A DNA stretch of 64,000 bases, from assembly GCA_965207995.1 (NCBI GenBank), contig OZ242299.1, positions 788,863-852,862 of the forward strand. Direction: 5' to 3'. Positions 29,300 to 39,267 of this stretch are shown here, piece by piece; the stretch's first letter is position 1; every line of letters starts with the position of its first letter. The stretch comes from Dehalococcoidia bacterium. Lineage in GTDB: Bacteria; Chloroflexota; Dehalococcoidia; SHYB01. Made by a program: the position numbers and the translations under genes. The notes below the pieces were generated by a model. It was not told the DNA's origin and did not search any database. It was given only the letters and a program-made list of their open reading frames with translations.

Positions 29300-30202
29300 C
29301 TAGGGGAAGATGCTCGAGACGACCTCTTCGATGCTGCGCTGCACCTCGTGGTCGTCGGTCAGCCCCCACACCACCGCCGCCTGACAGGCACGGCGAGCCG
29401 GAATGCCCCCCGCGATCAGCCGGCCCGCGTAGATGAGCAGGCGCGTGCTCACGCCTTCGTGCAGGCCGTGGTCCTTGAGGTGCCGCACCTTCTCACCCAG
29501 CTTGGCGAGATTCATCGCCACCTCGGGCCCCACGCCGGCCTCGTGCTCGATCACCTGCGTCTCGATTTCTCTGGGGGAGTAGTCGAACTCGAGCGAGATG
29601 AACCGCTGGCGCGTGCTGTGCTTCAAGTCCTTCAGCGCGCTCTGGTAGCCAGGGTTGTACGACATCACCAGCAGGAATTGGTCGCTGGCCTCCAGGATCT
29701 CGCCGCGCTTCTCCACGGGCAGCAGGCGCCGGTGGTCGGTCAGCGGGTGGATGAGCACCGTCGTGTCCTTCCGCGCCTCGACGATCTCGTCGAGGTAGCA
29801 GATGGCCCCGGCCTTCACCGCCCGGCTCAGCGGGCCGTCGATCCACTTCGTCTCCTGCCCCTCCAAGAGATAGCGGCCCACCAGGTCGCTGGATGTCAAG
29901 TCCTCGTGGCAGGCAATGGTGACCAGGGGCAGCCCCTTGCCCGTCCCATTCTTCGAGGCCGCCTTGCCGCGCTTCCTGCCTTTTACGAGGGGCCGGCCCA
30001 GCCGCCAAGACATGTACTCCACGAACCGCGTCTTGCCGCAGCCCGTCGGCCCCTTCAGCAGCACCGGGATCTTGGTCTTGTAGGCCGCCTCGAATACCTC
30101 CACTTCGTCGTTGACCGGCAGATAGAAGGGCTCCTCTTCGAGGAGGTACTCTTCGATGATGTAGTGGCGATAGAGCGTCTGCTCTCTGCCTGTTGTGGCC
30201 AT
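29300..30202 (-). CDS. CbbQ/NirQ/NorQ/GvpN-family MoxR AAA+ ATPase
   Basis: 300 aa; Walker [18 protein letters not shown], Walker B ICYLDEI, sensor/arginine-finger regions characteristic of the CbbQ subfamily; carries a ~20-aa Lys/Gly-rich insertion ([20 protein letters not shown]) after …WRLGRPL that is absent from the CbbQ consensus as I recall it. Confidence 0.85.
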   Translation of the reverse strand: MATTGREQTLYRHYIIEEYLLEEEPFYLPVNDEVEVFEAAYKTKIPVLLKGPTGCGKTRFVEYMSWRLGRPLVKGRKRGKAASKNGTGKGLPLVTIACHEDLTSSDLVGRYLLEGQETKWIDGPLSRAVKAGAICYLDEIVEARKDTTVLIHPLTDHRRLLPVEKRGEILEASDQFLLVMSYNPGYQSALKDLKHSTRQRFISLEFDYSPREIETQVIEHEAGVGPEVAMNLAKLGEKVRHLKDHGLHEGVSTRLLIYAGRLIAGGIPARRACQAAVVWGLTDDHEVQRSIEEVVSSIFP

Positions 30203-30236
30203 GTCCCCTACTTCCTTATCCGCACCGGCGGTACGG

Positions 30237-30833
30237 CTAGGCCGCGACGCGCGCCTCGAAGGCCGCCCGCACCCGCTCCCGCACCTCGTCCAACGTGGCG
30301 TCCGTGTCGATTACCACGTCGGCATAGCTCTGGCGCTCCTCCGCCGGCATCTGCGACGCCATCCGCGAGCGCACCTGCTCTTCTTCCCAGCCATTCCGCG
30401 CCATCACCCGCTGCACCACCACGTCCTCCGGCGCCGCCGTCACCCAGACCTCGTCGACCAGCGACGTCCACTTCGCCTCGATCAGGATCGCAGCGTCCAC
30501 CACCACCACCCGCTTCCCCTCACCGCGAAAAGCCTCGATCCGGTCGTTCATGATGTCGCGCATGCGGGGATGCACAATGCTGTTGAGTTTTTCCAGGTTC
30601 GCGGGGTCGCTGAAGACGATGGCGCCGAGCTTCTTGCGGTCGATCTCCCGGTTGGGTTGGAGCAGGTCTTCGCCCCAGGTGTCGATCAAGTCTCGCCACG
30701 CCGGCATATCCGGCAAGTACGTTACGTGACCGACCTTGTCGGCGTCGATGACCTCGGCGCCTAGCTCTTCGAGAAAACCGGATACGGTGGTCTTGCCGCT
30801 GCCAATTCCGCCGGTCAGACCGATCACGAGCAT
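30237..30833 (-). CDS. coaE: dephospho-CoA kinase
   Basis: 198 aa; P-loop [14 protein letters not shown] at the N-terminus and overall CoaE signature. Confidence 0.85.
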   Translation of the reverse strand: MLVIGLTGGIGSGKTTVSGFLEELGAEVIDADKVGHVTYLPDMPAWRDLIDTWGEDLLQPNREIDRKKLGAIVFSDPANLEKLNSIVHPRMRDIMNDRIEAFRGEGKRVVVVDAAILIEAKWTSLVDEVWVTAAPEDVVVQRVMARNGWEEEQVRSRMASQMPAEERQSYADVVIDTDATLDEVRERVRAAFEARVAA

Positions 30834-31036
30834 GCGACGCCGACCCTCGTTCCCTTCTGGTATCCCCGCCGTAGGCAGTCTCGCATTTTAGCAGCGCCCC
30901 TTCTGAGGGGTCAAGGAAACCGCACCTTTCCCCGGCCAACGGCGGGCGGCGGCGCGAGGGCTCCCTCGGAGGCGCGGCGCGGTATACTGAGGGCGTAGCC
31001 CCAGGGAGCCGTGAGGCCCGTAGGACAGGAGCAAGC

Positions 31037-31600
31037 GTGACCGTCCTTCCCTTGCAATACGCCCCGGAGTCGGTGCTCCGCCGGAAGGCGAAGCGCGTCG
31101 CCAAGATCGACGCCAAGGTCCAGCGCCTGATCGACGACCTGATCGAGACGATGTACGCGGAGGACGGCATCGGCCTCGCCGCCAATCAAGTCGGCGTCCC
31201 CCTACGCGTCCTCGTCATGGGCATCCCCTATAAGGACCCCGACACCGAAGAGGTCTACCGCGAGGAATACGTCCTCGTGAACCCCGAGTTCGTCAAGAAG
31301 GGGGGCGAGCGGCTCGTATCCGAGGGCTGCCTCAGCATCCCCGGCTACCGGGGCCAGCTCACCCGCGCCGAGTGGGTCAAGGTCAAGGGCCTCGACCGCG
31401 ACGGCAAACCGGTGCGCCTCAAGGCCGATGGCATCATGGCCCAAGCCCTCGAACACGAGATCGACCACCTCGACGGCATCCTCTACGTCGACCGCATGAA
31501 AGAGCAGGGCACGCTCGACACCCTCGCCCCCATCGAGCAGGAGGAGTCCGAGGAGTCGGAAGCCCTGCGCGAAGTCTCAGGCGAAGTGCCCGCGGCCTAG
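31037..31600 (+). CDS. def: peptide deformylase
   Basis: GTG start with AGGAGC SD; three PDF motifs present: GIGLAANQVG, EGCLSIPG, HEIDHLDG. Confidence 0.9.
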   Translation: MTVLPLQYAPESVLRRKAKRVAKIDAKVQRLIDDLIETMYAEDGIGLAANQVGVPLRVLVMGIPYKDPDTEEVYREEYVLVNPEFVKKGGERLVSEGCLSIPGYRGQLTRAEWVKVKGLDRDGKPVRLKADGIMAQALEHEIDHLDGILYVDRMKEQGTLDTLAPIEQEESEESEALREVSGEVPAA

Positions 31601-31622
31601 CGGGCCGGGGGACGCCCCGCCC

Positions 31623-33116
31623 ATGTCCATTGCAGCAATCCTCAACGCCGCGCGCCGCGCGTTGGGCGAGCGCCACGCCTCCGCGTGGGTCGCCGGCGGC
31701 GCGGTCCGCGACGCCCTCCTCGGCCGCGAGCCCGCCGACCTCGACCTCGCCGTCGACGTCGACGACGTTGGCGAGCTGGCCCGCGCCGTCGCCGAAGCCT
31801 CCGGGGCCTCCGCCGTCGCCCTCGACGCCGAACGCGGCATCCACCGCATCGTCTCCCGCGACGACGGCTCGTCCGTCGACCTGACCCTCGCCGCGGAAGG
31901 CATCGGCCCCGACCTGCTCCGGCGCGACTTCACCATCAATGCCATGGCGCTGCCTCTGCAGCTCTGGCCCAACGCCGCGGCGCCCCTCGTCGTCGATCCC
32001 GCCGGCGGGCTGGACGACCTGCGAGCAAAGCGCCTCCGGGCCGTCAGCGAGGAAGGCCTCGCCGCCGATCCGGTGCGCATGGTGCGGGCAGTCCGTCTCT
32101 GCGCCGAGCTCGGCCTCGAACTCGAATCCCAGACGGCGGCGTGGATCACCTCCGGCGCGGCGCGCATCGCGTCGAGCGCGCCGGAGCGCGTGCGGGACGA
32201 GCTCGTCCGGCTCATACGCCCGCCCGGCGCGGCGCGCCATCTGCGCCTCCTCGACCGCCTCGGCCTGCTGACCCAAATCATCCCCGAGCTCGAAGCGGCG
32301 CGCGAAACCACCCAACCCAAGGAGCACTACTGGAACGTCCTCGAACACTCGATAGAAGCCGTCGGCAAGGTCCAAGGCGTCCTCCGCGTCGAAGCGCTCG
32401 ACCCCGAACCCGAACCGGCCGTCCCCTGGGACTCCCGCGACGACGACCACGCCGCCGAGCCCGTCGGCGGCGGCCGGACGAGAGCCGACGCCCTCCGCCT
32501 CGCCGCCCTCCTGCACGACGTGGCCAAGCCCGCCTGCAAGACCGTCGAGGCCGATGGGCGCATCCGCTTCCTGGGCCATGCCAAGGAGGGCGCGGTCATG
32601 ACCGAACAGGTCATGGAGCGGCTCCGCTTCTCGAACCGCGAGCGGCGCTTGGTCGCCGCGATGGTCCGGGAGCATCTGCGGCCCGGGATGATCACTCGCG
32701 AGCCGGGCGGCCCGAGCCGGCGGGCGCTCCACCGCTATTTCCGCGACGCCGGCGACGCGGCCGTCGACACGCTCTACCTCAGCTTCGCCGACTACCTCGC
32801 GGCGCGAGGCCCGCGGTTCGACCCGGCCGACTGGGCCGCCTACGCCGAAAGGATTCATGGTATCCTTGTCGCCTACTATTCGAGAGAGAGCGAGGCCACC
32901 GCTCCCCGGCTCGTCGACGGCCACGACCTCATGGGAGCGCTCGGCCTCGAACCCGGCCCGATCGTCGGTCGGCTTATGGAAACCCTGAGAGAAGCGCAAG
33001 CCGCCGGAGAGATCGAGACTCGGCCTCAAGCCATCGCCCTCGCCGGTAAGCTGCTCGCCGAGGGCTCCGCGGCTAGCTCCCCAAAGCGCCCCCAAAGGAG
33101 CCGGCGTGCGGATTAG
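31623..33116 (+). CDS. cca: CCA-adding tRNA nucleotidyltransferase / poly(A) polymerase family protein with HD domain
   Basis: 497 aa; Pol-beta nucleotidyltransferase head (GGAVRDALLGREPADLDLAV…RRDFTINAMA) and HD domain (…LLHDVAKP…). Confidence 0.8.
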   Translation: MSIAAILNAARRALGERHASAWVAGGAVRDALLGREPADLDLAVDVDDVGELARAVAEASGASAVALDAERGIHRIVSRDDGSSVDLTLAAEGIGPDLLRRDFTINAMALPLQLWPNAAAPLVVDPAGGLDDLRAKRLRAVSEEGLAADPVRMVRAVRLCAELGLELESQTAAWITSGAARIASSAPERVRDELVRLIRPPGAARHLRLLDRLGLLTQIIPELEAARETTQPKEHYWNVLEHSIEAVGKVQGVLRVEALDPEPEPAVPWDSRDDDHAAEPVGGGRTRADALRLAALLHDVAKPACKTVEADGRIRFLGHAKEGAVMTEQVMERLRFSNRERRLVAAMVREHLRPGMITREPGGPSRRALHRYFRDAGDAAVDTLYLSFADYLAARGPRFDPADWAAYAERIHGILVAYYSRESEATAPRLVDGHDLMGALGLEPGPIVGRLMETLREAQAAGEIETRPQAIALAGKLLAEGSAASSPKRPQRSRRAD

Positions 33117-34443
33117 TCGAAACCGCATCTTCCTTGCGATCATCGTCGTCGTCTTCACGCTGGCGATCCTGTCTCTGGTTTTCCGCACCGTCAACATCGG
33201 CGGCTTCGAGCGCGGCTCGGACGAGGGCCCGCTCGGCCTGCGGCTCGGCCTCGACCTGCAGGGCGGCACGCTGCTCATCTATCGCGCCGACGACCCCAAC
33301 GTCACGGCCGACCAGATCGAGGGCGTCGTCGACGTCATCAGCCGCCGCGTCAACGCTTTCGGCGTGACCGAACCCCTGATCCAGCAGAGCGGCAGCAACG
33401 AGATCATCATCCAGCTCGCCGGCATCACCGACGTCGGCGAGGCCATCGATCTCATTGGCGGCACCGCCCAACTCGACTTCCGCGAATGCCTCGACCCGCA
33501 GTGCTCGCAGAACCAGCCCGCCCTCGCCGAAGGCAACGGCGGCGTTACCAAGCACCTCACCGGCGAGTTCCTGCGTCCGACCTCAGCCGTGGTTTCCGAC
33601 CCCACAACAGGGCTCCCCGTGGTGACGTTCGACTTCAATGGCGAAGGCTCGCGCATGTTCGAGCAGATCACCCGGCGCAACATCGGCCAGCCTTTGGGTA
33701 TCTTCCTCGACGACGGCCTGATCTCTAGCCCAACGGTCCAGGCCGTCATCGCCGGCAGTGGGCGCATCACCGGCCTCACGCGCGGCGACGCCCGGATCCT
33801 CGCCATTCAGCTGAACGGCGGCGCGCTGCCGGTGAGCATCAGCGTGGTGCGGCAAGACGAAGTCTCCGCAACCTTGGGCGAGGACTCCCTGAACAGGAGC
33901 TACGCCGCCGCCGCAATCGGGCTGGGGCTGGTGATGCTCTTCATGCTGCTCTACTACCGGCTGCTCGGGCTGATCGCGGTAGCCGCCCTGGTCTTGTACA
34001 CCGTGTTGATCTTGGCCGCCTTCAAGATCGTGGGGGTCACCCTGACGCTATCCGGCCTCTCCGCCTTCGTCGTCTCCGTCGGTATGGCCGTGGACGCCAA
34101 CGTCATCATCTTCGAGCGTATGCGCGAGGAGCTGCGCGCGGGCCGCACGCTGGGCGCGGCCATCGAGGCCGGCTTCGACCGCGCCTGGTCGGCCATCCGG
34201 GACAGCCAGATCACCACCTTCATCGTCATGCTCATCCTCTGGTGGTTCGGCGACCAACTCGGCGAGCCGCGCGTGATCGGCTTCGCCATCACCCTCATGC
34301 TCGCGATCATCGCCAGCGTCTTCACCGCCTTCGTCGTAACCCGGACCATTCTTCGCATGCTCGTCGGCATGCCGTTCTCGGGCAATACCAGGCTCTTCGC
34401 CGACATTCGCGAGACGCAACGCACCACGCCGGCGGTGAGTTGA
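33106..34443 (+). CDS. secD: protein translocase subunit SecD
   Basis: 445 aa; N-terminal TM helix, periplasmic P1 domain, C-terminal RND-like 6-TM bundle with conserved …DANVIIFERMREE… motif; overlaps the cca stop by 11 nt. Confidence 0.85.
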   Translation: MRISRNRIFLAIIVVVFTLAILSLVFRTVNIGGFERGSDEGPLGLRLGLDLQGGTLLIYRADDPNVTADQIEGVVDVISRRVNAFGVTEPLIQQSGSNEIIIQLAGITDVGEAIDLIGGTAQLDFRECLDPQCSQNQPALAEGNGGVTKHLTGEFLRPTSAVVSDPTTGLPVVTFDFNGEGSRMFEQITRRNIGQPLGIFLDDGLISSPTVQAVIAGSGRITGLTRGDARILAIQLNGGALPVSISVVRQDEVSATLGEDSLNRSYAAAAIGLGLVMLFMLLYYRLLGLIAVAALVLYTVLILAAFKIVGVTLTLSGLSAFVVSVGMAVDANVIIFERMREELRAGRTLGAAIEAGFDRAWSAIRDSQITTFIVMLILWWFGDQLGEPRVIGFAITLMLAIIASVFTAFVVTRTILRMLVGMPFSGNTRLFADIRETQRTTPAVS

Positions 34444-34514
34444 GCCGATGCCGCGAGACGCAACACCGAAAGACTTGAAAGTACGAGAGGCATAAGGGCA
34501 GGACGGAACCCACC

Positions 34515-37220
34515 GTGTTCGAATTTGTAGCCAACCGGCGGCTCGCCTTCCTGTTTACCGGGCTCGTCATCGCCGCGTGTGTGGTCGCGCTCGTCGCGCC
34601 GCCGCGGCTGCCATTCGGCCTCGAGTTCTCCAGCGGCACCTCGCTGACCGTCGAGTTTGAGCAGCCCGTCGCCCTTGAAGACGTCCGGGCGCGCCTCGCC
34701 GAGATCGGCCACGGCGACGCCTCGGTGCAAGCCCTGAACGAAACCACCTTCTTCATTCGCACCGAATTCGTCGAGGAAGACCTGCTGACCCGGCTCACCG
34801 ACGCCTTCGGTCCGCTGACGCCCACCGGCTTCGAACGGGCCACCGACATGGCGGAGACGGTGCGCTTCGTGGACACGGTCGCGGCGGAGGACGTGCTGGC
34901 GGCCTTCGGCGACGAACCCGCCGAGGGCAGCCGCGTCGAGGTCGCGGGCGCCGACCGCTTCCTTGTCGCCGCTCCCGGCGCAGGCGAAGACCAGCTGGCC
35001 GAGCTCGCCGCCGCATGGGAGTCGATCGGGACGGTGACCCGCACCTCGTTCGACGAGAACAGTTTCGCCGAAGTGATGACCTTCCCCGAGGACACCGTTC
35101 TCACCCAAGGGGAAATCGATACGATCGTCGCCGGCCTTGGCCTTGCCGAGAAGGTGACGGCCGTCATCGAGGACTCCACCACCCTCTTCGTTGCCGCACA
35201 GGCACCCGGACCGGACGACGTGACCGCCTTTGTCGACACGTTGACCGGCCGCTTCGGCGAGGCCGAGCGCACCCCAATCGACCTCGAGCAAGACCCGCTC
35301 TTTATTCTGGAATTCGCCGGCACGGTGACTCTTGACGAGATCCTTGAAGCGCTCGTCGTCTTGCCCGTCAACGCAGCCGCGGGCAGCGGCGTGACGGTTA
35401 CCCAGCAGGAGGGTGGCGACTTCTTGCTCCAAGGAGAGGAGCTGGCCGCCAACGCCGACATCGTCGCCGCCGACATCGAGAACGCCGTCGGATCGATCGA
35501 GTGGCGCGGCTTCGGTGGTGAGGATGACCTGCTCTTCTCGCTCGATCTCGGCACGCCGGTCATCACATCCTTCGACTTCGAAAACGAGGTCGGTGCCCAG
35601 GGGCGGGCCGAACTCACCTCGTCGCAGGTGAGCGAGAACCGCTTCGGCAGCGTTGATGCCGCCATCACCGAAGAGGAGCTGGCGGACCTCGTTGAAGGGC
35701 TGGAGCTCCGCTTCGGGCTTGCCGACGTCACCACGTTCGACCCGGCGGACGACCTCGCTCTGGCCCTCACGTTCCCTGAAGAGGCATCTGTCGATCTCGA
35801 CACGCTGCGGGCCGAGATCAGCCTGCTCGGCCTCGACGAGGATGTTGCCGCGATAGAGACCGAAGGGAGCTTCGTCCTGCTGGGCGAAGCCTTCTCTGAA
35901 GACACGCGGCAGCAGCTCCTCGACGACCTCACAACCCGTTTCGGCGAGTTCGCGCAGGAGCCCGTCGCGGTGAATCCGGGGGCGGCCTTCATCGTCGACT
36001 TCGGCGCCGGCTACGGTCCCAGCGACATCGCGGAGGCCGTCGACGGCGCGAGCGACGGCGCGGCTTCGAGCGTTTTTCGCCCCTCAGCGGGCTCCTACGC
36101 GGTCTTCGGCCATGATGCGGCGGACCTCAACGAGAGTATCGTGGCCGCGGTCGAGGAGGCGTTGGGGCGCGCGGAGACCGGTCCGATCGACCCGGCCGAG
36201 GAGGGCTTGTTCACCGTCCGGCTCACCGACGCCGAGCAGTCCGTCCAAGCGGTGCGGAACCTGCTCATCATTCAGCAGGACGGGCCGGACGAGGACGGTC
36301 TGGTCGAGTTCTTCATCGGGGGCAACCGGTTGAGCTCTGAGCAGCAGGGGTTGATTCTCTCCACCCTGCAGAGCGAGTTCGGCGAGATCGTCTCCACTCC
36401 CTTTAGCCACACCACCCACGTGGCGCAGACGCTCGTTTTCGAGCGCCCCGTCTCTCCCGAGGCGGTGGTGAACGAGCTCGACGACGTGGGGTACGTCGAC
36501 CTGACGGCCGAGGCACGGGGCAACGGCATCTTCATCCGGGGCAGCCGCGCCGAGTCCGACGGACGCAGCGTGCTGCTCACCGCGCTGGGGAGCCTCGCGC
36601 CCATCAACACCGAGGCGGTCGACTTCACCTCGGTCGATGCCGAGATCGCCAAGCGCAGCATCCTGAATACCTTCTGGGCCGTGCTGGCGGGTACCGTGGG
36701 CATCCTGCTCTACATCTGGTGGGCCTTCCGGCGCATCCCGCGCTCCTACCGCTACGGCTTCGCCGCCATCGTGGGGCTGAGCCACGACGTGTTGATCGTG
36801 CTCGGGGTCTTCGGGCTGCTGGCGAAGTTCACCGGGGTGGAAGTCAACTCCCTCATGATCGTGGGCGTCCTGGCGGTGATCGGCTACAGCGTGAACAACA
36901 CCATCGTGGTCTTCGACCGCATCCGCGAGAACGTGATGAAGAGTCCGGGCCGCCCGTTCGAGACCTCGGTCAACGTCAGCCTGAACGAGACGCTGACGCG
37001 GAATCTCAACACCACGCTGACCACCGCCGCCGCCATCCTCGCCGTCCTCCTCTTCGGCGGCGAGACAATCCGCGACTTCATGGGCGTCCTGCTCACCGGC
37101 GTGATCGCGGGCGCGTACAGCTCCCTGATGCTCGCGCCGAATATCCTCGTGGCCGCGGAGAAGGGCGAGCTGCCCAAGCTCCGCATCCCCTTCCGCTCGC
37201 GCCGCACCGCAACCGCCTGA
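34515..37220 (+). CDS. secF: protein translocase subunit SecF with greatly expanded acidic periplasmic region (901 aa)
   Basis: TM1 (LAFLFTGLVIAACVVALVA) then canonical SecF head (FGLEFSSGTSL…), then ~550 aa of Asp/Glu-rich sequence with a recurring L..L...FGE motif at about 150-aa spacing, then the canonical SecF 5-TM C-terminus (…YGFAAIVGLSHDVLIVLGVFG…SVNNTIVVFDRIREN…). Confidence 0.8.
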   Translation: MFEFVANRRLAFLFTGLVIAACVVALVAPPRLPFGLEFSSGTSLTVEFEQPVALEDVRARLAEIGHGDASVQALNETTFFIRTEFVEEDLLTRLTDAFGPLTPTGFERATDMAETVRFVDTVAAEDVLAAFGDEPAEGSRVEVAGADRFLVAAPGAGEDQLAELAAAWESIGTVTRTSFDENSFAEVMTFPEDTVLTQGEIDTIVAGLGLAEKVTAVIEDSTTLFVAAQAPGPDDVTAFVDTLTGRFGEAERTPIDLEQDPLFILEFAGTVTLDEILEALVVLPVNAAAGSGVTVTQQEGGDFLLQGEELAANADIVAADIENAVGSIEWRGFGGEDDLLFSLDLGTPVITSFDFENEVGAQGRAELTSSQVSENRFGSVDAAITEEELADLVEGLELRFGLADVTTFDPADDLALALTFPEEASVDLDTLRAEISLLGLDEDVAAIETEGSFVLLGEAFSEDTRQQLLDDLTTRFGEFAQEPVAVNPGAAFIVDFGAGYGPSDIAEAVDGASDGAASSVFRPSAGSYAVFGHDAADLNESIVAAVEEALGRAETGPIDPAEEGLFTVRLTDAEQSVQAVRNLLIIQQDGPDEDGLVEFFIGGNRLSSEQQGLILSTLQSEFGEIVSTPFSHTTHVAQTLVFERPVSPEAVVNELDDVGYVDLTAEARGNGIFIRGSRAESDGRSVLLTALGSLAPINTEAVDFTSVDAEIAKRSILNTFWAVLAGTVGILLYIWWAFRRIPRSYRYGFAAIVGLSHDVLIVLGVFGLLAKFTGVEVNSLMIVGVLAVIGYSVNNTIVVFDRIRENVMKSPGRPFETSVNVSLNETLTRNLNTTLTTAAAILAVLLFGGETIRDFMGVLLTGVIAGAYSSLMLAPNILVAAEKGELPKLRIPFRSRRTATA

Positions 37221-37237
37221 CCCGTATCCGGGAGCGC

Positions 37238-37296
37238 TTTAAACCTCCCTCCCCCTGGGAGGGACTGAGGGCGGGCACTGCTCCCTCCTCAGCCCT
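37238..37296. repeat. REP-like palindromic element, type C (TTTAAACCTCCCTCCCCCTGGGAGGGACTGAGGGCGGG…)
   Basis: Inverted repeat CCTCCC…GGGAGG followed by ACTGAGGGCGGG; related copy at 45383-45480; between the secF stop and the CDF gene start. Confidence 0.6.
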
Positions 37297-37385
37297 CGGC
37301 TACGAAGTTGCTCCACGGGCGGCATAATGCAGCCAACGCGCTCCGGCCTGCGGCGGTGGGGGCGTGGGCAATCGGTGGAGCATCA

Positions 37386-38345
37386 ATGCGCGTTATCACG
37401 CTACTCAACACACCGGGAGGGGCCGCCGCCCTCTCACTCCTGGCCATCATCAGCCTCGTCGTCCTGAAGGTGACCGTCGGGCTCATCATCGGCAGCATCA
37501 GCGTCCTCTCCGACGCGCTGGACAGCGCCATGGACCTGCTCGGCGCGCTGTTCGCATGGATGGCGGTGTCCTTCGCGGCGCGGCCCGCCGACCGGGACCA
37601 CCCCTACGGCCACGGCAAAATCGAAAGCGTGAGCGGGATCGTCGAGGCGGGCCTCATCATCGTCGCCGCCGCCTTCATCACCTTCGAGGCCATCCGGCGG
37701 CTCGGCGGCGACTACGAGGTCACCAACGTCGGACTCGGGATTGCCGCGACGGCCATTTCGCTCGCCGTCAACGTCGCCGTCGGCTTCCATCTGCGCCGGG
37801 TAGCACGAAGGACCCTATCGCCCGCCCTCGAAGCGGCGGCGCAGCACCGCATTTCCGACATCCTCACCTCGCTCGGCGTGCTGATCGGCCTGGTATTGCT
37901 CTGGCTCACACCGTGGGCCTTCCTCGACTCGGCGGCGGCGTTGGGCGTCGCCGCGGTCATCACCTGGACGGGCCGCAACCTCTTCCTACGCGCCTATCAC
38001 GACCTGATCGACACCCGTCTCTCCAATGAAGAAGAAGACGCGATACGGGGCGTGCTCGACGAACACGCCGGCGCGTTCATCTCGTACTCGGAGCTGCGGA
38101 CGCGGCGCTCGGGCCGGTCGCGCCTCGTCGACCTCAACGTCATGGTGCCGCGGGTGGAGAGCGTGGCGCGCGCCCACGACCTCGTCGACATGATCGAGGC
38201 CGGCATCCACGAAGCCCTGCCCGGCTCGATCGTCACCATCCATATCGATCCCTGCGAGGGGCCGCGCGACCGGTGTGACGCGGAATGCCCGGCGGCGAGC
38301 CTCCCGCTCTGCCGTGCGGCGGCCACCTCAGCGAAGCGGCTCTAG
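37386..38345 (+). CDS. cation diffusion facilitator (CDF) family metal efflux transporter
   Basis: Start at MRVITLLNT (atg 37386). Six TM helices with …SVLSDALDSAMDL… and HGHGK motifs, C-terminal cytoplasmic domain with His/Cys-rich tail. Confidence 0.75.
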   Translation: MRVITLLNTPGGAAALSLLAIISLVVLKVTVGLIIGSISVLSDALDSAMDLLGALFAWMAVSFAARPADRDHPYGHGKIESVSGIVEAGLIIVAAAFITFEAIRRLGGDYEVTNVGLGIAATAISLAVNVAVGFHLRRVARRTLSPALEAAAQHRISDILTSLGVLIGLVLLWLTPWAFLDSAAALGVAAVITWTGRNLFLRAYHDLIDTRLSNEEEDAIRGVLDEHAGAFISYSELRTRRSGRSRLVDLNVMVPRVESVARAHDLVDMIEAGIHEALPGSIVTIHIDPCEGPRDRCDAECPAASLPLCRAAATSAKRL

Positions 38346-39226
38346 CCCTTTCCGTTCAGGCCCAGTTCCTCGGCGACCAGCCGCCGGTAGTCCTGGGCAA
38401 GCGCACGGGTGACCTCGCCTGGCGACCCGTCGCCGATCGCCCGCCCGCCAAGCTCGGTGACCGGCATGATCTCAATCAGCGAATTCGTGACGAAGATCTC
38501 TTCGGCTTGTTCCGCGAGGCCGAGCGGCACCATGCCGTGGGCGACGGTCACGCGGGCCTCGGCCAACTCGACAACGGCGTTGCGGGTAATGCCGGGCAGG
38601 AGGCCAAAGACCGTGGCCGGTGTGAGCAGCACCCCACCCCTCACGACGAAGACGTTGGTCATGGCCCCCTCGGTCAGGCAGCCCCGTTCGTTGAGGATGA
38701 GGGCCTCGTCGGCTCCGATGTCGGACGCCTCGGCGCGGGCCACGAGATTCTGAAGGTAGCTCGTCGTCTTGTGCGCCGCGGTCACCGAGCGGCTGTGGCG
38801 CGTCCGCGACGCCACGACGGCGCGCCAGCCGCGCTCGAACTCTCGGCTGCGGTCCTCGGCCGACGGCATGGCGCTCGCGGTCACCAGCACTGTGGGTTCG
38901 CCGGGGGCAGGGAGGGCGGGTCCGGAGGCCGACTCGCCACCGGTGACGGTGAGCCGGATGCGCGCATCCGCCAAGCCATTGGCGGCGATCGTCTCATCAA
39001 CGGCATGGGCGAGTTCGTCGAGGCGTCCCACGACCGGCAGCCCGAGCTCTTGGGCCGACTTCCCCAGCCGGTCCAAATGCTCGGACATGCGAAAGACGCG
39101 CCCCTCGTAGGCACGCATCGTCTCGAAGAGGCCGTAGCCGTAGAGCAGGCCTTGGTCGTAGACGGGTACCCGCGCCTCGTGCGCCGGAACCATCCGCCCG
39201 TTGAGATGGACGAGGGGCTCGGTCAT
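38342..39226 (-). CDS. class IV (D-amino-acid/branched-chain) aminotransferase fold protein (BCAT or aminodeoxychorismate lyase)
   Basis: 294 aa; fold-type IV PLP enzyme signature (…EGAMTNVFVVRGGVLLTP…GITR…). Confidence 0.7.
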   Translation of the reverse strand: MTEPLVHLNGRMVPAHEARVPVYDQGLLYGYGLFETMRAYEGRVFRMSEHLDRLGKSAQELGLPVVGRLDELAHAVDETIAANGLADARIRLTVTGGESASGPALPAPGEPTVLVTASAMPSAEDRSREFERGWRAVVASRTRHSRSVTAAHKTTSYLQNLVARAEASDIGADEALILNERGCLTEGAMTNVFVVRGGVLLTPATVFGLLPGITRNAVVELAEARVTVAHGMVPLGLAEQAEEIFVTNSLIEIMPVTELGGRAIGDGSPGEVTRALAQDYRRLVAEELGLNGKG

Positions 39227-39267
39227 TGCCCCTCGATTCTAGCCGTTTTCGCCGTGCGGGGGGCGCG

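Noticed and set aside
31434-33278. 614-aa minus-strand ORF and 454-aa plus-strand ORF (31685..33049) overlapping cca and secD
   Set aside because: Extreme Arg/Pro/Gly composition; cca and secD frames have clear catalytic and TM signatures.
34322-35992. 556-aa minus-strand Ser/Arg/Thr-rich ORF antisense to secD/secF
   Set aside because: Composition artefact of the acidic secF insert read in antisense.
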